Of a DNA stretch of 64,000 nucleotides, positions 57,849 through 64,000 are shown piece after piece. Numbering within the stretch: position 1 is the first letter of the stretch; every line of letters begins with the position of its first letter. The stretch is from Candidatus Marinacidobacterales bacterium. Lineage in GTDB: Bacteria > Acidobacteriota > Vicinamibacteria > Marinacidobacterales > DATDRI01. Below the pieces are notes generated by a model. It did not search any database. It saw only the letters and a list, made by a program, of their open reading frames with translations, and was not told where the DNA came from. The stretch lies in assembly GCA_965226495.1 (NCBI GenBank), contig OZ245365.1:5824001-5888000 (forward strand), in the 5' to 3' direction. The translations under genes and the position numbers were made by a program.

Positions 57849-59162
57849 ATGAGCGCGAACTCCAAATCTGATTCGATGCAGGGGCGTAGGGTGGCCTTCG
57901 TCGCGGGTTGCCGAACGCCGTTCGCTAAAGCGGGCGGAATGCTGGCAGACCTATCGGCGTTGGATCTCGGCCGACTGGTCACTGCGGAGCTCGTTCAGAG
58001 AAGCGCGATCGACCCTCGCGCGATCGACCAAGTGGTTTTCGGCACCGTTGTACCCGATGTCAAAGCAACTAACTTGGCGCGCGAGGTGGTCCTCGGCGTC
58101 GGGCTCCCACCGACTATCGAAGCCTACACCGTGTCGCGCGCATGTGCTTCCTCGAACCAAGCGATCGTAGGTGCAGCCGAGGCGATCGCATCGGGGCAGG
58201 TGGATACGGTGATCGCGGGAGGAGCCGAGTCGCTCTCGAACGTGCCGATCCTGGTTTCCAAACCCTTGACCCGAGCGCTCCTCGCGGCGCGCAAGGCGAA
58301 AACACTCGCCGGACGGCTGACGGGATTCTCAGGATTGCGACTGAAGGATCTCGCACCGGTCGCCCCGGCGATCGCCGAGCTCTCCACCGGATTGACCATG
58401 GGGCAGTCGGCCGAGAAAATGGCGAAGGAGAACGGGATCTCTCGCGAAGCGCAGGACGAGTTTGCTGTGCGGAGTCACCAACTTGCCGCCGCCGCTACTG
58501 ATGACGGGAGGCTCCCGGATGAGATCGTCCGCGCCTATATCCCGCCGCTATATGCGAAGTCGTTGGGAGAAGACGACGGCATCCGTCGAGACACTTCTCT
58601 GGACGTGCTCGCTTCTCTACGTCCCGTGTTCGATCGCCGTTATGGAAGCCTTACCGCGGGCAACTCCAGCCCACTGACCGATGGTGCGGCGGCCATGTTG
58701 CTCATGTCCGAAGAGAAGGCCAAGGCCCTAGGCTACCGCCCTCTCGGTTACATTCGGTCCTACGCTTTCTGTGGTGTCGACCCCTTCGATCAACTGCTTA
58801 TCGGTCCTGCCCTGAGCACCCCGATCGCACTCCACAAAGCCGGACTCACCCTCGGCGACATGGATCTCATCGATCTTCACGAAGCCTTCGCTGCGCAAGT
58901 TCTCTCCGTGCTCCAAGCCTTCGAGTCGGCAACGTTCGCTCGAGAAAGGTTGGGGCGATCGGAACCACTGGGACAGGTGGACATGGATCGTCTCAATGTG
59001 ACCGGGGGCTCGATTGCGATTGGTCATCCCTTCGCGGCGACCGGAGCACGTATCACGCTGAGTCTCCTGAACGAGCTCAGACGACGGCGCAAACGGTTCG
59101 GACTCATTGGCGTATGTGCCGCCGGCGGCCTGGGTTTCAGCATGGTCGTCGAGACGGAGTGA
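57849..59162 (+). CDS. fadI: Acetyl-CoA C-acyltransferase (FadI-like thiolase)
   Basis: RTPFAK, RACASS, NSSPLTDGA, HEAFAAQ, GHPFAATG, CAAGG. Confidence 0.88.
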   Translation: MSANSKSDSMQGRRVAFVAGCRTPFAKAGGMLADLSALDLGRLVTAELVQRSAIDPRAIDQVVFGTVVPDVKATNLAREVVLGVGLPPTIEAYTVSRACASSNQAIVGAAEAIASGQVDTVIAGGAESLSNVPILVSKPLTRALLAARKAKTLAGRLTGFSGLRLKDLAPVAPAIAELSTGLTMGQSAEKMAKENGISREAQDEFAVRSHQLAAAATDDGRLPDEIVRAYIPPLYAKSLGEDDGIRRDTSLDVLASLRPVFDRRYGSLTAGNSSPLTDGAAAMLLMSEEKAKALGYRPLGYIRSYAFCGVDPFDQLLIGPALSTPIALHKAGLTLGDMDLIDLHEAFAAQVLSVLQAFESATFARERLGRSEPLGQVDMDRLNVTGGSIAIGHPFAATGARITLSLLNELRRRRKRFGLIGVCAAGGLGFSMVVETE

Positions 59163-59168
59163 CAATCA

Positions 59169-60221
59169 TTGCGGTCTCTTCTACGTGACACCCGCGTCCT
59201 AGACTTCAGCCGTTACGCGCCGGGTCCTTTTTGCAGTCTGTTAGCGTCGGAGTTCGGCGCAGACGTCATCAAGATCGAAGAGCCCGGACACGGGGATCCT
59301 CTGCGCGGTTTGGATGAAGATGCGTTCCGACGACTCAATCGCGGCAAGAAGAGTCTGACCCTGAATCTGAAGTCGGATCGAGGCCGACGGCTCGTCCTTC
59401 GCCTCGCCGAGCGATCCGACGCCTTGATAGAGGGCTTCCGCCCCGGAGTGATGGAGCGTTTGGGGTTAGCCTTCGAGACATTGACGGAACAAAACCCTCG
59501 GCTCGTCTACCTCTCGATTACCGGATACGGGCAGCAGGGTCCCTACCGGAGCAGGGCGGGGCACGACATCAACTACATGGCGGTGGCGGGAGCGCTGAAG
59601 GAAGAGGTTCCTCGGGTTCAGTTCGCCGACCTCGCCGGAGGCGGGCTCTATGGAGCCCTCGCCCTGATGGCCGGTCTTCACAAGTCTGCCACGACCGGCA
59701 AGGGGTGCTACATCGACCTTGCCATGCTGGACGGCGTCGTCTCCTTGCTAGGGCTCGCGATGTCTCCACTCGGCGACGTACTTTCCGGCCGTTATCCGAA
59801 CTATGGCCTTTACGAAACTCGCGATGGGCGGTGGTTGTCCGTAGGTGCGCTGGAGTCGAAGTTTTGGGATGCTTTCTGTGAGGGCATCCAAAGACCGGAC
59901 TTGGTCGAACGCATGGGTGACCCGGTGGTGCGGCAAGAAGTCGCTCGGGTTATCGCCGGGAAGTCCGCGGCGGAATGGCACGCCGTCTTCAAGGACCGGG
60001 ATGCCTGTGTGGAGCTGGTTCGAGATCCGCGGGAAACCCTATCGCACCCGCAGGTTTCACACCGGCAGATGTCCGATCCCGAGTTAGCGGTGCCCTTTGC
60101 CCGGCCCGCCGACTCCGATAAGCCTGCTCCGGAGCTGGGAGAGCATACCCTGAGCCTGCTCGAGGAGCTCGGCGTCAGTCCTGGCGAAGCCGAAAAACTG
60201 CGGACCGACGGGGTCTGCTAG
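59169..60221 (+). CDS. CaiB/BaiF family III CoA-transferase (methylacyl-CoA racemase-like)
   Basis: GADVIKIE, NRGKKS, EGFRPGV, AGHDINY, APELGEHT. Confidence 0.9.
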   Translation: MRSLLRDTRVLDFSRYAPGPFCSLLASEFGADVIKIEEPGHGDPLRGLDEDAFRRLNRGKKSLTLNLKSDRGRRLVLRLAERSDALIEGFRPGVMERLGLAFETLTEQNPRLVYLSITGYGQQGPYRSRAGHDINYMAVAGALKEEVPRVQFADLAGGGLYGALALMAGLHKSATTGKGCYIDLAMLDGVVSLLGLAMSPLGDVLSGRYPNYGLYETRDGRWLSVGALESKFWDAFCEGIQRPDLVERMGDPVVRQEVARVIAGKSAAEWHAVFKDRDACVELVRDPRETLSHPQVSHRQMSDPELAVPFARPADSDKPAPELGEHTLSLLEELGVSPGEAEKLRTDGVC

Positions 60222-60224
60222 AAC

Positions 60225-60269
60225 TTGCCCCTTCGGCGGGGCAAAAAAAGGGGCCTTGCGGCCCCTTTT
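60225..60269. terminator. Double hairpin, bidirectional terminator
   Basis: ttgcccc-ttcggc-ggggcaa and aaaaggggcc-ttgc-ggcccctttt. Confidence 0.75.
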
Positions 60270-60320
60270 GTAGTCGGTTTCAATCGGCCCTAATGGGCGG
60301 GCGTTTCTGGTATGAACCAG

Positions 60321-61253
60321 CTATCGCATGCCCGACGCTGCCGCGTCCGCAACTTCGCGATAGCTCTTCTTGGCCGTTCTGCTGTGTCTACCGAGTAATT
60401 TTCCGTCCCGCTCCCCGTCCCGGTGCATGGGCTCGAGGCGGACATCGATGCCTCGTTCGAACTTGTTTTGGAGGCTGATCGTAGACATCACCGACTTTCA
60501 TGACGTAGTCCCGTGTTTCCGCGGCTGCTCGGCTGCTACCGGCGCGAAGATACCCGGCGTTGAGCGGTCCGCCGTTGTACTCGGCGAGCACCATCCGTTC
60601 ATCGTTGTAGCGGTGAAGAGTATGTCCAAATAAAGAGCAGCCATCTCCGTGTTCTTCTCCGGGTCGTACAACATCTCGTCGGAGTACTCCCAGTTGAGCG
60701 TTCGGGCCAACATCCTCCCGGTGGAAGGCCAGATTTGGTAGAGACCCTTGGCGTTCGCGTGGCTGGTAGCCGATGGGTTGTAGCCGCTTTCGACGATACC
60801 CACCGCGAGAAAAATGAGCGGGTCCACGGAGGGGTATTTGTCAGATGCTTGGAGTATGAGCCGCGAGTACTCGTAGGCCTCGTTGAGACTGACTCTCGGA
60901 TTGGCCTTCATGATTTCGTCACGGATCCCGATCAAGAGTTGCTGTCTTCTGGAATCGAAGCTGATGCCGGCATCGAGGCTTTGAAGCTTTTGTTCGACTC
61001 GGTGCACGCTCAGCCCGAGTTCTTGGTTCAACTCGCCGACTCGATAAAACGCGTAAAACGCCACGCCGATGGTTATGAGGAGGAGAAACGACATGCTGAT
61101 CAACGCCACCACCTGCCATGAGGGAGCTCGACGGAAGGAAATGGATCTACCCGTCGAGCTTTTCGTTGGACGTTCCCCCGTCGGCACCTGCTCGAGAGAC
61201 ACGTCCTTTGCGGCTCCAACTACACTCATCAAATCCTTTCTAGTTCTTGCCAT
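60321..61253 (-). CDS. Membrane-anchored lytic transglycosylase (SLT domain) with two compensating frameshifts
   Basis: TM helix, coiled coil, VESGYNP.A.S..AKGLYQ, LYDPEKN; YNGGP..ETRDYV lies in a shifted frame (60610-60476); original frame resumes to TAG at 60321. Confidence 0.75.
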
Positions 61254-61796
61254 TCAGGAAGCCTCCGTTAACGGAGTTTGGCGACCTCCAATGAGCGACC
61301 CCCCCAACGAAACTGGTACGACGCGTTGAGACGCTCGTTCGAGCTCACCTGGTTGCACCCGCTGCCGTCCGCTCCCCCCCCGACGAATCGGGCGGCGCGC
61401 CATGCGGACAGCGTTGTCGGAACCCCTCTGGGTGCGGTACAGCGGGAGACGGTACATGGGTCTAAGTAATCCGTGTATTAATTGCTCTAAGGCTTCCCTG
61501 CGTGGAATCGAAAAAGAGTACCCACTGCCCCATTGTATATAGTCCAAATCCATGGCAGCTAAAGTGCCCCGGGCCCACCACATCATGGGCCCCGAGCTAT
61601 CGAACCCCCCTATATGTAGACGATGAGGCAGGAGTATAGCACCGCGCCAGCCCCCAGTCTACGAGAATCGTGCCGGCATCCAAAAGCTTCTGGCTGCTTT
61701 TTAGATGTGGGTTTTTTACTACGATCGAGGTCACTGTCAGCCGAACCGCTTTTAATTTGTTGTACATAAACCATTTATATCTATACGTTCGAGGCT

Positions 61797-63998
61797 CTAG
61801 GCATTCCCCAGAGCCACGTCGAGAGCCGCCCGTCCAGCCATCACAAGGAGATAGACGAGAAAAACGGCGACCGCGGCTACCCCTATTCGCCCTTTTCCCG
61901 AGAGCCAAGCGGCGCCGAGGCCGAGCCCGACGCTCACCGGCGCCATAACGAAGTAATGGTGTTTGAGGAGGAAATTGAAAAATAAGTCAAAACCACTGAA
62001 TAAGATAAGGATGCCGCCCCACAGAAACAGAACCGTTCGTTCGGGAGACCTCGCAACCAACCCGAGTCCCAACAGGCCTACCAGGGGTAGCAGGGCGTTC
62101 TCGTAAGTAAAGGAGAGCCTTCCTGGGAGATTCACGGCTCGATTCCAGATGGAGGGACCCCCCGCCTGGGATGTCGAGCCCGAGAACAACTGAGGCAGGG
62201 ACTCGCTTAGGAAGGGCCAAGTCCAGTGAATGTAGTAAAGGATGAAGGCGGCGGCTGTCGCGGTGAGGGTCACGCCCGCCAAGGCGCGTGTGGGTCCCGG
62301 TGCCTGGCGGTAGAGGAGGGGTAGGGCAAGAGTCAGCACTGCGGCCGCAAACAACAAGGAGGCAGTGTAGGAGAGAAAGCAGATCGTCAGCGCCACGGTT
62401 GCCCACCACCACGTCGCTCGCTCCTGCAGATGGTCGAAGCGTAACGTGATGAGGGTCAGGGCCATCGTAGCGGCCCACATCCCGAAGAGGGTCATCAAGT
62501 GCCCCAACCCCAGGAGCTGAAACGTCGGAGGAAGGCTGACGGCGATCACCCCCGCCAACACTCCTGCGCGGATGCTTCCGAAACGGGTGGCCAAAGCCGA
62601 TGCCGCCAGCGCAATCAGCGCCAACATCGAAGCTAGAACGCCTTTTTCGAGCGAATAAAACCACGCCCGAGGAAACGTTGCCAGCGGCGACACTAAGGTG
62701 TGGTACAGGCACGAGTGCGGTATGACGGCGTCGCCCCAGTGCGGTTGGTGACTGAGCATGTTCTCGGGGGAGGGGAGGTAGTAATGCATGAATCGCCCCT
62801 GCCAAATCTCTTCGGCAATCGAGGAGTGGTAAACGAAGTGACCTCCCTCGTAGAGTGGAAACAGCGTGGCGGTCGACCACGCGACGAAGCCCGCCATCGC
62901 GGCGGCGATGGCCGATGGACCGAGAACGGGGAGCCAGCCATGTCGGTTTAGAACACCCAGCGCGGCCGTGACTAAAGAGGCAAAAACCAGCCCCGCGAAG
63001 GTAACTACCAAGAAGATTGGGACGAACGGGATGACGAGGACCGGGTCGATTGTTAAAGCGAAGAGCTCTCCGACAAGAAGTAAGACCGTGACCGTTGCCG
63101 CCGCCCTGGCGCTCAATCCGGCGGCTCCGCACGCCCCCATGAAAAATAAGCTCGCGCCGAACAAGGCGAACAGGATTCTTGGAGATGCGAAGCTTCGTCC
63201 TCGCTTGATTCGAACACCGTCGATGCGCAGACCGAGCGGTGCGGATGACGAGGGTAGCTGCAGTCGGAGGCCGGATCTCCAGCTCAAAGGTGCGTAAGCG
63301 ACGAAGGAGTGCCGGCTCCATGACGGACCAAGCTCGGCGGTAAGCTCTTTACCTCCGGCACGGGCCAGGATGAGAGATCGAGGTACGTCAACCTCTTCGG
63401 GAGGACCACGCCGTAGCCCGGAGGGCGACGGCGGGAGAGACGCGGTGATCTCGACCGTCCACTCACTGCCCCCACCGAAATCGCGTAGGTCGATCTCGGC
63501 TCCTTGAAGAGCGCGCCGAAACGTGACTCCTTCCTCCTGGTCAAAACCGGCGAAACGGTGTGCACGTGTTGTTTCCCGACCCGAGCCTAGGTCCACCTCT
63601 AGTGAAGAGCGCGCCAAATAGGATGCTGTGCCGCCGGCCAAGCTCAGTAACGCCAAAGCCGCGACTGGCCATCCACGCCACAGTTTCAGACCGCGGATTG
63701 TGGAACGGAAGGACTCAACGAGAATTTCCAAGAGAGTACATGTCGCGGACGGGAAGACGAACCGAAAGGCTGCGGCCAGAACCAGGATCCAGAAAGTAGC
63801 TGGTGCTAGGAGCGCCGCATAGGGCCTGGCGAAAGCGAAGCCGACAGCCCAGGCGGCGGCGACTCCCATACCGATGTGGAATGCGCGTCGGTGCGTGCGT
63901 CCACTCTGCACGAGCAGTGTGAAGATCAAAAGCAAACCGGCGCTCGTAAAAACCAACTGCCGAAGCGGTGCAAGCCCGAGCTGGATGAATGAACCGGT
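61797..63998 (-). CDS. Polytopic membrane protein, GT-C-like; 5' end beyond window
   Basis: Frame open to the window edge; many TM helices around a soluble domain. Confidence 0.6.
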   Translation of the reverse strand, partial: TGSFIQLGLAPLRQLVFTSAGLLLIFTLLVQSGRTHRRAFHIGMGVAAAWAVGFAFARPYAALLAPATFWILVLAAAFRFVFPSATCTLLEILVESFRSTIRGLKLWRGWPVAALALLSLAGGTASYLARSSLEVDLGSGRETTRAHRFAGFDQEEGVTFRRALQGAEIDLRDFGGGSEWTVEITASLPPSPSGLRRGPPEEVDVPRSLILARAGGKELTAELGPSWSRHSFVAYAPLSWRSGLRLQLPSSSAPLGLRIDGVRIKRGRSFASPRILFALFGASLFFMGACGAAGLSARAAATVTVLLLVGELFALTIDPVLVIPFVPIFLVVTFAGLVFASLVTAALGVLNRHGWLPVLGPSAIAAAMAGFVAWSTATLFPLYEGGHFVYHSSIAEEIWQGRFMHYYLPSPENMLSHQPHWGDAVIPHSCLYHTLVSPLATFPRAWFYSLEKGVLASMLALIALAASALATRFGSIRAGVLAGVIAVSLPPTFQLLGLGHLMTLFGMWAATMALTLITLRFDHLQERATWWWATVALTICFLSYTASLLFAAAVLTLALPLLYRQAPGPTRALAGVTLTATAAAFILYYIHWTWPFLSESLPQLFSGSTSQAGGPSIWNRAVNLPGRLSFTYENALLPLVGLLGLGLVARSPERTVLFLWGGILILFSGFDLFFNFLLKHHYFVMAPVSVGLGLGAAWLSGKGRIGVAAVAVFLVYLLVMAGRAALDVALGNA

Positions 63999-64000
63999 CG

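Noticed and set aside
61254-61586. 110-aa ORF upstream of the transglycosylase
   Set aside because: No motif, no clear RBS, atypical composition; overlaps the putative structured leader

Overview
GC-rich (about 60% by eye) bacterial chromosomal window with a diderm envelope. Gene content (Omp85 proteins, FG-GAP/ASPIC-UnbV/TPR proteins, many GT-C-like membrane proteins, sigma54 regulators) suggests Acidobacteriota, possibly Vicinamibacteria-like; this is an inference only. About 50 CDS are supportable; I found no rRNA, tRNA, CRISPR array or transposase. Highlights: (1) a cysM-JAB/Mec-[CysO/MoaD::MoeB::rhodanese] operon in which the ubiquitin-like sulfur carrier is fused through its Gly-Gly to its own E1 enzyme, implying polyprotein processing; (2) an AhpD-like CxxU selenoprotein split by the ORF caller at an in-frame TGA; (3) a candidate ~95-nt GGA-rich small RNA behind a sigma54-like promoter; (4) a sigma54-controlled arylsulfatase/beta-barrel island with visible activator-binding palindromes, duplicated ABM-like genes and two sulfatase remnants; (5) an operon of a POTRA-less Omp85, a large exported kinase-fold (probably pseudokinase) fusion protein and another barrel; (6) a ~44-bp mini-element found four times inside REP-like palindromes. 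Several single-base frameshifts may be sequencing errors. All functional calls come from motif recognition by eye; no searches were run.
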